Assembly: GCF_964204645.1 (NCBI RefSeq)
Contig: NC_134029.1
Location: 18,904,950-18,968,949 of the forward strand
Reading direction: 5' to 3'
DNA length: 64,000 nt
DNA from: Tubulanus polymorphus
Taxonomy: Eukaryota; Animalia; Nemertea
Below, piece after piece: positions 12,276 through 25,206 of this stretch (its first letter is position 1; each line of letters begins with the position of its first letter). The notes under the pieces are model-generated. The model searched no databases. It was given only the letters and a program-made list of their open reading frames with translations, and was not told the origin of the DNA. Made by a program: the position numbers and the translations under genes.

Positions 12276-14489
12276 ACTGTCAACATTATTGACTGTGAAT
12301 CTCTGAGGCAATGTTGACCACTGATCAGCGAATTGTCTGGTAAAAAATCATCTCAAGAGAGGTTACTGGTCTGTGGTATTGCAGCCAGATTGATAGCAGT
12401 TGCTGGATTAATGAAGGAGGGGGTATAAAGTATCCAAGCATTAGGGACAACCTTGATAAAGTTTTGAGAAGACAACCCTTATAACTATTATCTTTCTGAA
12501 TACGAATGTAATTATGAAATGCACAATGTAACAACTAGCAACTCGAACAATAGGCTTAACTTTTTTCGCAGCAAACCTGAGCATTTAGGTTCAAAGTTAT
12601 ACACGATAAATGTTCTATACATACGAAAATGCATTCGCGATAATTTAATAATTCTCTCGAGTGTATTCTAAATCAACATGCAGCTTGTCGCAGTTCGGCT
12701 TAAGAACTGCGAACGCTTTTATTGATACGTTTACATGTAATGCTAAAACTTCTGACAATGTGTCATATGAAGTTCAGCGCATTAGTTGATATGGGATCCC
12801 TTATCAGCCGAGCTGACTTGGTCAACTAGTAATTACTGTCATCGCATATCCACCAACGAACGCCATGCGCGCGCTGCGGTTTATCTTGATCGTGTATTAC
12901 AATTAGATTATACATCAATATCTACGATGCGCCTTTGATCAAAACTTTTAACGGAAGCTCTACGCTGAATTTCATTAACAACGCGAAGCCGATGTTGTTA
13001 ACGAGACAAAATTACTACATAATCTGTGTTATTTCAGGCCGCATAAATACAACGCCAAAAATGCGCTTCATAACGCGCATTTTTGTCGAATTTTTTTTGT
13101 CGGCAATATCTTTTCAAGAGTTATTACCCCTAACCTTCATTTCCAGACATCATCCTAACCTTCATTTCCAGACATCATCTCTTCATAGATTTATATATCG
13201 AAAAAGGCCGATTATATGTGATTCAAATTGAGGACTTATTAACACATTCATTGCCGGCTATGAATATACTCGTACTTCTGCTTATGTCACCAGCGCCACT
13301 ATGAATATACTCATCGTTGATTCTTCCTATTTACAGTTAGATATCTGGCACACGGGAATGACACAAACTCTGCCCCATTCTCAATGCTCATTGGTCAGTT
13401 TGGACCTGACTTTATAAAGCTCCATTGACAGCCTATGAGTAAATTTGTGTTGGCAATTGGGGGCAGCACTGTATTACCTTAATGGCAACGAAAGTGCTAA
13501 GCGATATCCTGAAGCTCGGCTTTGTTGAAGCAGGTTGAGTTGTGCTGGTTGACTTACACTAGATTAGCTATGCTGGTTGATGGAAATGAAGATCGCAAGC
13601 TAGTTTTCGAGAACCCCTACGCTAGGCGAGTTTTGTCACTAGCAACAAATTTGCAACAATATCCTAGTGCAACCCTTGACGTCGACAACAGGATCAAGTG
13701 TGCTACTAGATATTCGGTGACAAGATTGGCGCTTTAATCGCTTAGTGCAAGCTGACTGAGGACGCGTCATTTTTAATGCCATAAAAATCAGCTAATCATC
13801 GCCGAGATAACGAATAAAACCAACAGTTACTTCTGTAAAAACAGTTTATTGCCTTACAGTTTCGAGGTTGAAACTAAACCTCATCATAAAAAAAATGGTC
13901 ATCGACAAGATGAAAATCCTGCGCCATCCAAAAAATGGCGATCTAAAATGAAGTGGCGCAAATTCGGCCACAAATGTGTACGGTACAGCCTAGAAGAAAC
14001 TTAATATAACTCCATTTTCGTTTGCGTTTAGTTTTATATCGTTTAAACCGCGCTCTGTTTCGTTTAGTTGCGAACACGTTCGACACTCGTCAGGGACGTC
14101 ATATTTCTCCAATTTCTCAAGTGGAGCAGTCGTAGTATTAGCTATCAACTTTTTTTCTATGTGTATTAGTTGCGATTATTCGTTGGAGGTTTCGTCGTGT
14201 TTTCATTGATAAATGCTCTCCTCCCCGCGTAGAATGCGCTCGATAAATAAGTGATACATAAGCAATAGCCTGATAAATCGATATCTATCTCTGAAGAGTA
14301 CGGATAAATATTTCTCCCCAGCGGCAAACATTGTGGTAGTAAACGGAGCCGAGGATTAGATCTCCGTGTTCGTCTGTTTCGAAAACAGTTAGTCCGGTTG
14401 GAATGTCGGAAATGGGTGCGGGTCATTGAGAAGCTAAATGAATCATCATCCGTTTGTATTCCTGGATTCCTCTTTTATACGCAATCCTA

Positions 14490-14893
14490 CCCTCTCTCTC
14501 CCTTTCCCTCTCCCTCCGTCTCCTCTATCTCCTTCCCTCTCCCTCTCTCCCTCCCTCCCTCCTTTCCTCCCTCTCCTCTTATATCCCTTTCTCCCGCCCG
14601 CCCTCCATCTCTCTCCCTTTCTCCTTCCCTCTCCCTCGTTCTCCCGCCCTCCATCTCTCCCTTTCCCTCTCCCCTCCCTCCCTTTCTTTCCCTCTCCCTC
14701 GCTCTCCCGCCCTCCATCTCTCTCCCTCTCTCCCTTTATCTTTCCCTCTCCTCTCTCCCCCTTTCCCTCTCCCTCCATCCCTTTCCCTCTCCCTCTCCTC
14801 TCTCCCCTTTCCCTTTCCCTCCATCTCCCTCTCTCCCCCTTTCCCTCTCCCTCTATCTCCCTCTCTCCCCCTTTCTCCCTCTCTCACCTCTCT
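14490..14893. repeat. Polypyrimidine (CT-rich) low-complexity tract
   Basis: About 400 nt almost exclusively C/T on the + strand, with recurring CTCCCGCCCTCCATCTCTC units. Confidence 0.95.
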
Positions 14894-15702
14894 CGAGCTT
14901 TCACAACCAAATGATTCAATTGCATTGATGTATTTTTTTTAGCTCGTTACGCTAAAAGAAAGGTTTTTTCACCGCGCTGCGATGTCGACGTGATACCTGC
15001 TTAGACGTGATACCTGCTTAGCGTAGATTTATCGAATAATGGTTGTCATTAAAAATGCCTAATGGTAGCTCGCATCTTCGCAAAGTATCTCCCTCGAGTA
15101 AAAGCAGTAAGCAAGCGTGGCATTTTAGATCGATAAAGTCTAAGTTTGCCAGTGAACAGTCACATGGCATAAAAACATCTGGTTTTAAAGACAATGTTAA
15201 CTCTTTAACCAAGGGTGCATATACGATTCTTTGAAGGAGTGGTCCTGAAAATTGGAATGGGTGTTTAATTTGAAAAGGACAGACTTTGCAATATAAGTGC
15301 GAAACTTGGTATGGGCCTCTGACCCACAGAAAATAGTCCATCTGGTCCACCACCCCTAAATTCGGCCCTTGCTTACCCTGGGCTTAAAACTGTTAATTGA
15401 TTTAGCCCTATATCCTAATCTAAGGTGGGTTTATTGGTCGATTGATCTGGCAAGGATCAGAGTCAGAGTTGAGGCAACATACTTCAGATACACACAGAAA
15501 GACCTTTAGCCCCAAGTTGTAACTTAGAAATATGCAGCATTTCTAGGTAACTTTAAAAAGGTAGTTAATACAAGAAATGTCTTGAAATGAAGTGATGAAG
15601 ATGTGCAACTCAACCTTGAGCTTTTTTCGTAGACAGAATTCCCATGAGTTTTTAACATTTATCATATAGCCCTTGGAGTTGAAACGTAGAAATGGTTTAA
15701 TT

Positions 15703-16084
15703 TAGGGGCACACGAGCGTATTTTTTCGCCCGAAAAATTCGCTCGTGTGGCCACTCACGGCGAAGACGATTTCGTCGGCCGACTCGATCGCCCGGCGAAT
15801 CGCCCGTATCAAACATGTTTGATATTTTCGGCCAATTATTTACGCCGGCGATCGCATCGCCCGCAAATTCGCTCGTCGAGTGATCCATTTTTATCAACCA
15901 ATAGGATGCATTGTTGATATCATGCGATTCGTTTATTCTCTCCCTCTTAGTGCCAGTCGCTGACCGAATTTCGGTTTGATCGCTATGTGTGCCCGCTCGT
16001 ATCGGGCGTATAATTTCGTCGGCGAATTCGCTGGCGAATTTAATCGTCGCGATCGGGCGAAAAAATACGCTCGTGTCCCTAGCT
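15703..16084. mobile_element. PIF/Harbinger-type MITE family D, copy 1
   Basis: Inverted termini CACGAGCGTATTTTTTCGCCCGA; near reverse complement of 57592-58004. Confidence 0.8.
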
Positions 16085-16481
16085 TTAGTGAACGAAATGG
16101 CACCGGATTCCAAGTGATTATTTATATCTATATTTGAAATGTGTTTGTACCCGCTGCAATGCGCTTACCACTTTATGAGAAGCATATCTCGCAAATGGAA
16201 AAATTCGATCGCGAAAACAATGGGTTTTCGCTTTGAACTGCTGAAATTGTTTTCGCTTTCATCTGCAAGCGTTTGAGCGGTTTCATCGAGGCGAAATTGT
16301 TTTCAATTTGTCGGCGACTTTTGACAACGTCACCGGCATAGCGATCATCATCGGTTTGGTATTTTATTGAATTGCCAATAAACGTTTGATCAAAGATCTC
16401 GCTCGTGTCACCGCAGACACTCTCGGTTTGAACGCTGTTACCAATAATTCATCCAACCTAACGCTGCTACTGCATTCTCAA

Positions 16482-16583
16482 CCTCCCCTCCCCTCCCCTC
16501 CCCTCCCCTCCCCTCCCCTCCCCTCCCCTCCCCTCCCCTCCCCTCCCCTCCCCTCCCCTCCCCTCCCCTCCCCTCCCCTCCCT
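16482..16583. repeat. (CCCCT)n microsatellite, ~20 units
   Basis: Direct reading. Confidence 0.97.
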
Positions 16584-17520
16584 GCCTGCCTCCATCCCTC
16601 CCTCCTGCCGCCGCCTTTCCACAGCATTTTTGCATGTTGATAATAAAAAACCTTTGATGAATAACCTAAAATCATGAATATTATTTGAATCACTCTAAAA
16701 ATTTTAATTTTTCTCTCACAATAATGCCGCTAAATAGATGGAGAGTTTATGGAATAAAATTTCATACATATTGTTATTTTTTATGGGAGATGTGTGCACG
16801 TAGCTTTGAACGGGTCACGTGATCTACTCGTAGGGAGCCCACGACTCGGTGTATTAGTGTCGATGTGAGCGCGCTCATGTCCAGTCGTTACGGCTGATAG
16901 CAACTGGTCGGCGATTATCGCTGAATTCGATCTGAGTGCAACCTACGATAGTCGCCTCGTAAGGTCGATCTGAGCCCGGCTAAATGTACTGTCGCTGATG
17001 TCTTTCGAAGTAGATAATTTTTGATGGGTATATATCGAAATCGATGAGTCTCGCCTTAATACGACTTTATCAGATTCATATTCGTGAAGGCTATGATACT
17101 GGCGATCCCTGTAGTGCTATCATACACGCGCTGCGCAAGACTGCAACATTTTATCCGTTCATGTAGATGCTCGCTCACTCAATCGCTATAGCAACTAAGT
17201 GTTAATTGCGGTATGTTGTATGGCTTTAAAAAAGAATTCCACTCATATTTTCTCGAACTGTTTGTTGATGGGTAGTGGGAGTGGGTGACTGCTGAACTCA
17301 TTGAGGAGTGTGGTTGTTGGTTGTATAGCTCATCACCGTACTGGAACAGTTGTGGTTGTTCGGTAGTAGGGACGGACGGACGTAATGCTACTTTCTTCGT
17401 TCATTTCAGCTGTCGATTCCCGTTTCAAAAAGACGTTAATTTCCAGTTTAAGTTTTTAAAATCTTGAAGGGCAACAGGTGGTTCCGATATTCCCATCAGT
17501 TACCCATGTCAATTCAACAT

Positions 17521-17802
17521 GTAATAGTTCAGTACCAGTTTCAGTACGGTTGATACTTCAGTACCAGTAATAGTTCAGTACAGTTATGTATCAGTACCGG
17601 TGATAGTTCAGTACCGGTGATAGTTCAGTACCGTTGATACTTCAGTACCAGTACCAGTAATAGTTTAGTACCGGTGATAGTTCAGTACTGGTGATAGTTC
17701 AGTACCGGGTACCGGTGATAGTTCAGTACCGGTAATAGTTCAGTACCGTTGATGCTTCAGTACCAGTAGTAGTTCAGTACCAGTAATAGTTCAGTACCGG
17801 TA
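17521..17802. repeat. 17-bp minisatellite (GTGATAGTTCAGTACCG), ~15 units
   Basis: Direct reading; a few internal slippage variants. Confidence 0.95.
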
Positions 17803-18818
17803 AGTTTTGGCGCTGATGGGGCCAGTTGTATAGTGAAAGCTTCAATTAAAACCAGTCTTAGCACATTTTGATTATATCACTAGTACAAAGCATTTGAAAA
17901 GACTAATCGTTATGAATTCTTGCCTATTCTGTTGTAACGAGCTAAGATTTTGAGCAACGTGTGTGTCCTGCTAAGATATGTCATATTTATATAGTTCGTT
18001 AGAACTCGGCTGGCCTTCGTCTAGTTCGGTCTCGTCATGTTTCAGTTTCAAGTCCACGATATTTACGGTTGTTGATAAGATCATCGCCGCCGAATGCGCG
18101 ACGATCCGGAAATAGCTAAGCTGACATTTACCCGTTATTATTACGAGACGGGAACCATTACCGTTTTGTATGTGTCCTTCGGTTTATCTTCTACGAGCCA
18201 TCACGAGCATGTACACGTTTTATGATCGGGTCATCTTCGTCTTATATCGTGAAAATGTTATCTATCTTACCTATAAGGTGGTCATTGGCCGCTGAGGAGT
18301 TTCGAATCTCGTGCTAAGAATTGTATTGCTATACACCAATAGAGTTAACCTTTTCAACCGTAACAGATGATATAGGCCTATCAATGATTCGGTCCATTTG
18401 CCATGTGTTACCTAATCACTGATTACACTATGCTATTTAGAATGGTCTAAAAACAGATTGATTGTTCACACAAGTGGAAAGTCCGTTCTAGGTTGGGACC
18501 AAATTAGTCATTTAGGGAACATAGGAAGTGTGCTGCCCTTAGCAGCCTGTAGCCAGCACTTGCCATTTATATGTGACTCATGTAAATGGACATTTTAGGA
18601 CATAGTACGTGACCTTGTGAGCACCCTGGCGTGAAGTTTTATGGGGACACTCCCGGGGAAGATTATGAAAAAATGTCAGGAGACGCATTCTGAAGCTAAT
18701 AGCTGCTTTGATATCGTAACTAGTCTGAAACTGTTTTGTCAATGCAAAGACAATAAGATTATCTATCTATCTGTCTGTGTATGGCCTTACTTTGTAACCT
18801 GCTCTTATTGCTCTTTAA

Positions 18819-19110
18819 CCCTTTCAGTGCTGGCTAAAAAATACCCTATAGTGCTGAAGATAATTTGAAAATTCTGAAAAATTCCATCCTAGTGTGTTGA
18901 ATAACAGTAATAGCACTAGCACTATTGTGCGTCTACACCCTGGTGCAGTATATCGTTAGTTACTAATATTTCACTGTTTGACAGGTGCTGCCATCTTTCA
19001 AGAGAGATAATTAGTAATTACTAATTAAATCAATACACCGCAGTGCGGTGTACTAGCAAAATCAATCACTGATTTGTACACCGCACTGCGGTGTAGACGC
19101 ACTGAAAGGG
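18819..19110. mobile_element. piggyBac-type MITE, copy 3 (opposite orientation)
   Basis: Same TIRs and TTAA flanks; internal sequence is the reverse complement of the other copies. Confidence 0.85.
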
Positions 19111-19610
19111 TTAAGATGACCGAATTCCACAATTTGTTTCCATACACTGCAGCGTCAAATGCCCATTATCGAAGCAGTGCAAGGTCATTTCGTGTTTTTT
19201 GGTAAAATGATAATCCGTCTGTCTGTCTGTCTGCTGACGATTGTAGGGATTGATGCTGTTATTTTTTCTGTGATGACGACGACGAGGATGAGTGAGGATG
19301 TATTCCGCTAATGATGCGTGTAAAGCATCTGTAACTCCTAATGCACCAGTAAGTTGGGGAATGCTATCGGCTTGTTACAGCGAACGACGACGACGGTGAC
19401 ATATTTCCTCTGTATATCTCGTCTCCGCTGTAAGATGGATCACGTTTGCCTGTGCAGAGTATATCGAAAATAATGTCGCTCTTATTTGATTAGTTATAAT
19501 TGATAGCGTTTATTTATTCTTAATTGAAGTGCAAGTTGATGAAATTACCAATTTCGACACCTTTTGGATGACCGGTTCTGGGTCCTTAATACATCACTTA
19601 TTTTCCTTAA

Positions 19611-19870
19611 CCCTTTCAGTGCGGTGTATGAATCGGTGATTAATTTTGCTAGTACACCGCACTGCGGTGAATTGATGTAATTGGTTTTTAGTTTTTATCT
19701 CTATACAAGATGACAGCACCCGTCAAACATAGTGAAATATTAGTACCTAACGATACACTGCACTGCGGTGTAGACGCATTATAGTGGTATTCTTGTTATA
19801 CAACACGCTCGGGTGGAATTTTCACATTTTCTCCAGCACTTAGGGTATCAATTAGTCCGCACGGAAAGGG
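19611..19870. mobile_element. piggyBac-type MITE, copy 4
   Basis: TTAA|CCCTTTCAGTGC ... GCACGGAAAGGG|TTAA. Confidence 0.85.
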
Positions 19871-22800
19871 TTAAAAGGATAACAGTATGAAGTAAATCAT
19901 CAAATGCCTTCATTCTAGAATAAATTCATCGAATTACATAACTTTGTTTATCAATTGAACTTATTGAATCCGATTGATTGACATTTTTTTGCAACACCCC
20001 GTATGTGGAACAGCGAAGCAGCTGCATATTTTCTCTTTAACGATGCTGTGATGCATGTCTTGTTGTTCATCAATTATTTATGGAAAAAATTCGCTATACT
20101 AGCCATATACTAGCTAATCTTCAGAATTCTACCTCTAAACGTTCGATATACATGGCGCACTTACTTCTTTCTGCGTATTTGTCATTTCATGTGTCTTGTA
20201 AAGCTTTGTCTATGCGAAAAGGCCACTCATCGCTTTGATAACAATTTAAGCTGTGGCCTTTTACGTATAACTTTTGCTTTGTTAGTTCCCATGCGTTCGT
20301 TCATTACCTAAAAACCCACTTACCCTAAGTATTATTTTACAGTACTGGTAGTCTCCTGGGGGTTCGTTACTTTTAGAGACATGTTTTTAGAAGCTTGTTT
20401 TTACTTAAAGGATTACCCCCTGTGCAGTGGAATAATTATTTTGAAATGTTTTAGGCACATTTTTGATGACAGGCACGCAAAAAGTGCAATTTTAGGTCAG
20501 GTCGTATTATACCGTAGTGAGAACGCTATCTGTTTCTGGAAGGGACTTACCTCACTTGCTACAGTAACCGATGAGAGAGTCATTTACGCACGGGTTCGAT
20601 TCTACCCGGGCTTGGCAAGGACCAGTTTATCCAAAGCCAAATTGTCTCCATATGATAGTGGCTTATTTAGAATCTGCTGTCTCCCTCCGTTATAAGTTGA
20701 TAACAAATGGAGGATTACTATCAATTCAATGATAAAGAGTAATGAGCTAATGGGAAATCAGATCGAAATAAATGAAGCTCATTTTGGGTAACAGTTGATT
20801 GGAATCACCTCAGCATCATATAATCGGCTTCGAAGGGACTCGTAGCTGCCTTCTGCACTATAAAAGCCGCGATCACACTAAGACAATTCGGCCCAGACCA
20901 GGCCAGAGTCAAATTTGACCCATGACCCATTGATTAATTAGACAGTGCGTTCGCACATTGAGTCACTTTTGGAACCAGTTACAACTACAGGCATTAATTT
21001 GGCTCGGGCCATGGTCCGACGTATTTCCGTCGAGTACGGTACCCTTTCCTATGGGTTTTGCCAATATTTTCTAAATTTCGATTGATCGCCAATGGTTTTT
21101 CTATGCGACCCTGCCTTGCGGTATTGCATCTAGCCACCAACGAAATCCGCCATCTTTTTTGCTTGGCATTTTTGGTCAAGCCAAGTTTGGCCCAAGCAAA
21201 AAATGCTCATGTGACTGCGGCTATAGCCCAGCACCATCGCTTAAAAGCAACGTACCCCACGGATACGGATAGAAGATTTTTCCAAATAAATTGGGGAGAC
21301 CCGGAATTGCGGCTTCGGCTAATAATTGGATCCGGCCCTTCGAGACTATATTGTATCGAAAAACGCCGTCGCGATTGAATTAATATTGAAACAAGAGCGC
21401 GTCGGGCGGCTGTCTTTTTAATTCGCTTAATTTATTCGTTGATTCGCGTTTATCGATACCTCGCGGGTAGAGACAGTCGACATAAGCAATTAACGAAACA
21501 TCGTCTGTCGTGCAGAGATTGCGAATCCCCGTCGTCGTCGTCTCCCCGCGTATCTTGTCACAGAATCCTTGCGCACCGAGGGAGACGGAAAGAGAGGACG
21601 ATTTTATTCATAAATCTCGTCTCTGCCTTCAGGGGGGAGATGTTTCGCGAAGGTGTTAGTATTACGCGGCGGACATTTGTAATCAATTCCTCGGGCCCCC
21701 GGAAGATGTATGAATCTGTTATTCCGTGTTGGTTCTGTAAATAATGACCGTACACACTCTTGGTGATTATTTTCCGGATGAGGCGGTTATTTTTGTGGTT
21801 AATCGATTTACCACTTCATGTTGTCCGCCAAACCATCGACTTGTACTACTACGACCAGGATCCACATCAGCGTATGTACGCGGCAGCCTACTAGAGCAAT
21901 ATGGGTTTACTTCGGTCAGGCAGATAGTACAAATTAAGCCACGATCAGCGTTTTTGGTCTGTACTAAATTAGGCCTGGAACAACTATTCACATGGGTAAA
22001 ATATGGTCCCCCTACCTGTTTGGCCAGACCAGAAACACCAGGCAAGAGTACAATTTGTGTTTAATTGCTACTGGTTCTCGAATTGTCTTATTTTGCTGTG
22101 TTTAAGCATTTTAAGCGCTCTCAGGCAGACGCCAAATTTGACTTGGGCCTGATCTGGGCCAATTTAGCCCGGGCCAAATCATCTCCATGTAAACACAGCT
22201 TACATCTACTAGGATGAGGATCCGCATCAACGTTTATGCGACAGCATACTAGTGCAAATCAGGTTTACTTTGATCATACGCATACTACAAATTAGATGAA
22301 CACAACATTAGACACGGGAGGCTGCTTGCAAAGACCTCAAATTGACCATAGATTGCTTACAATCTAAATAAAGATCGAGGAGAACAGATTTGTCGTATAT
22401 TTGCTGTATAGGTACATCTAGATATTCCATCAACAGAACATCCAAATCACATTTTATAAGCATTTTTGGCGCGGGCCAATTGTGGCAGATTAGGCCCAGG
22501 GGTACCAAATGAACCCGTGCCTGTTTTACCCGGGCCAAATTTTAGCATGGGTCAAATCATTGCTTGATTATGATTACTGGTCCTGGAAGTGACGTGCCTG
22601 GCTTCGTTTCAGCAAAAATTCACAAAGACTAGTCTTTATGAATTTTTGGTTTCAGGTATAATTAGTGATTTACATGTGAACACACTCTGATTAGGCACAG
22701 GTGAAATTTGATGGTCTGATCTGGGCCAATTTTACCCGCGCCAAGTTGTCTCCGGATGATAAATTAATAGCTCCTGTATTTTTGACACCGTTTATATTTT

Positions 22801-23274
22801 ATACCGTTTTAAATGGTTACCGAGTCTCTTATAGCGAGATTAGGTTCAACCTTAGATTGTAAACTTAGATACCCTTTTCCATTTTAACCTTGATTTTTAT
22901 CACGAACCGGTTGCGATTCGTGAACAAAAAAATTATGGTTTTTATTCTTGATTTTTGATGTGTGTTAAGTGTTTAAGGTTACCTGTATTTGTGCTAATAA
23001 CCTGTGTACTCTCTCAACAAAATGCACTTGAGGACTCTGTCGACATCAAGAGATATACTTGTGTCAAGAATGTGACCTTATTTACTCGATCAACTCACCT
23101 CAATCTAAAAAATGATTTACTCTTTAAGAGAGATGTCGACGACAATGAGAGACAAGTGTTTTTAATGTATCGATTTACTTAGTTAAAAAATGAACCCAAA
23201 GAGTACCAATACATTGCTCCTATAGCATATATGATTTGAATGGGCAAAATTAAATCTACGATTGAATTAGAAGA

Positions 23275-23800
23275 AATATTAGTAGTATAGCTATAAGGGG
23301 GGGTTCTGGCACAGGCAAACATTTAGGCTAATCAGACAACCTTTTGGGCAAATCTGGCAAAATTTTCGGCAAACTTTTAGGCAAATTCGGCTCGCATATC
23401 AATTTGTTTGATGGCTTTCCATTCAGTCGACTTAGCGAAAAGTTTCACAAGTAGTAATGGCCTCAATCCGTTTTCAGGTAAACATCTTTTTTTCTTCATC
23501 TTAATGAACAAAAACACAATTAAGAATCACAGGATAACATCATTTGAAATAAATCTAAATAAGAAATTTCACACACCAAAATATAACAATGGCGATAAAT
23601 ATGTCATGAAAGTCTCCCCAAATGATTAGAAATGTCTTCTAAATGCTTATCCAGAATTTTGTCGAGTTTGCGGGAGACTCCCAAAGTTTGCCAGATTTAT
23701 GAGGTTTCCTGAAAGAATGCCGGATGTGCCGGAAACTTTGCCGGATTTGCCTGAAAAGTTGCCTGTGCCAGAACCCCCTTATAGCTATACTACTAATATT
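23275..23800. mobile_element. Non-autonomous DNA element with ~43-bp TIRs, superfamily unassigned
   Basis: AATATTAGTAGTATAGCTATAAGGGGG(GG)TTCTGGCACAGGCAA at left and its reverse complement at 23759-23800; subterminal GGCAAA repeats. Confidence 0.8.
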
Positions 23801-24334
23801 CATAATGTATGAAAATTTTTATTTATTCTATAAAAACATATTACCGTCATGTCCTGGTTTGGAGTTGATGGCAGGGTGGCCACTGACTTGGCAAACTCAG
23901 GGAATCAGAAAAATCAGGGAAAACTCCTGATTAATTGTACTAAAAACCTGGTAAACTCAAAAAATTTGGATGATGCTATTCACCATATGTTTCTTATCAA
24001 CGCGTGATTCAATGAAAAATGTATGGATTATTACATCTTAAACCTAGAAATTTCCGATTCACTGGGTATTTTGTGTAATCACATGATAAAAAACAAGGAA
24101 AACTCAGGGATTTATAAATGGTAAGAAAGTGGCGCCACTTATCATCGATAATATGGAAGTAACACGAATTCAAGACGCTTCTTGAGCTTTGTAAACCTCA
24201 ATCAATACCAGACAGTGGCAGAGGGGATGAGAAGTGTTTCTAAGATGCTATTTTTGTTAGTAAGGTCTAATTATTTTTTTGTGATTTTTTTTTTTAGTAT
24301 CTTTAGATGCAAATATGCCGTGCAGTAAATCATT

Positions 24335-24394
24335 ATGACTGCATCTTTTGAAGACAGCTACAGAGAAATTGACCGATACCTCCAAGAAGCACAG
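24335..24394 (+). CDS. First coding exon (long isoform) of an unidentified large multi-exon gene; MTASFEDSYREIDRYLQEAQ
   Basis: Long poly-T tract with AG acceptors at 24296-97 and 24305-06; in-frame TAA at 24326 upstream of ATG 24335; 20 codons end at CAG|GTATGT (phase 0), matching the phase-0 acceptor at 33672. Confidence 0.75.
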
Positions 24395-24917
24395 GTATGT
24401 ATTCATACCACTTGGTATGTTTCGCTACTACAGTTAATTGTCCTTTTAATCTATTATTATTCATTCCATTTTTGGCTTTTTCGCTTCAATTTTGACTTTT
24501 TAAAGTATTTTGTTCAATCTTAATTTCATTAATAAGGAAATAGTCGACCTTTCCCTTTTTTGATAAAATCAGGCCCAACACTGCTTATGAGCAAAAGCGT
24601 TGGTTTTTGCAGTGTGAGGTATTTTTGAGTGAGTTAAATGCTGAAGCCAAATGCACACGATGCAGGGAAACATGGAATGTTTGATCTCGGAAATATTGTT
24701 TCCCTAATCATGTTTCTCGAATGTTCGGAAACGTGTTCCTGTCTCCTGTTTCCATGTTTCCGTGCGTCATGTGCGTTGGCTTGACCGAGGGCTTTCATTT
24801 CAAGATGAGCAAAAACCTTGCTTGTGTGGCCACGTTTTAATTTTTGTCCTATTGGCTTCTTTTGATAAGTCGTAGCAATAACTCTGAATCTAAATCAAAT
24901 GACTGTTTAAAATGTTT

Positions 24918-25206
24918 CAGGGTGGCCACTATCCTAGAATTCAGGGAAAAGTCAGACAATTTTTTTTCTCAAAAAAGTCGGGGATAGTCAGGCAATTTCG
25001 TAGAAAAGGTAAAAATCAGGGAAAATTGTTGAGATTTGCTAGACTATGTCTTACGTATTTGACTGTGTTATTTGGTTGAAATTCTTAGCAAATCGAGTCA
25101 GAGAAAACAGCGTACGTGTCAGGCACTAGTCGAGGAATAGTCAGGGAAAACAACGTACATCAGGGAATAGTCAGGGAAGATGCATGTCAAATAAGTGGCC
25201 ACCCTG
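24918..25206. mobile_element. hAT-like MITE (CAGGGTGGCCAC TIR)
   Basis: CAGGGTGGCCAC ... GTGGCCACCCTG with TCAGGGAA subterminal repeats; relatives at about 23872-24138 and 59279-59554; 8-bp TSD not preserved. Confidence 0.65.

Noticed and set aside
14398-14942. Overlapping Pro/Ser/Leu- and Gly/Glu/Arg-rich ORFs
   Set aside because: By-products of the CT tract, which lacks stop codons in all frames.
15697-16113. 138-aa ORF and similar ORFs at 57482-58128
   Set aside because: They lie within GC-rich MITE family D and show no transposase motifs.
16386-16693. PSPPL / GEGRG repeat ORFs
   Set aside because: Translation of the (CCCCT)n microsatellite.
17521-17802. CRISPR-like regular repeat
   Set aside because: No unique spacers, no cas genes and a eukaryotic context; it is a minisatellite.
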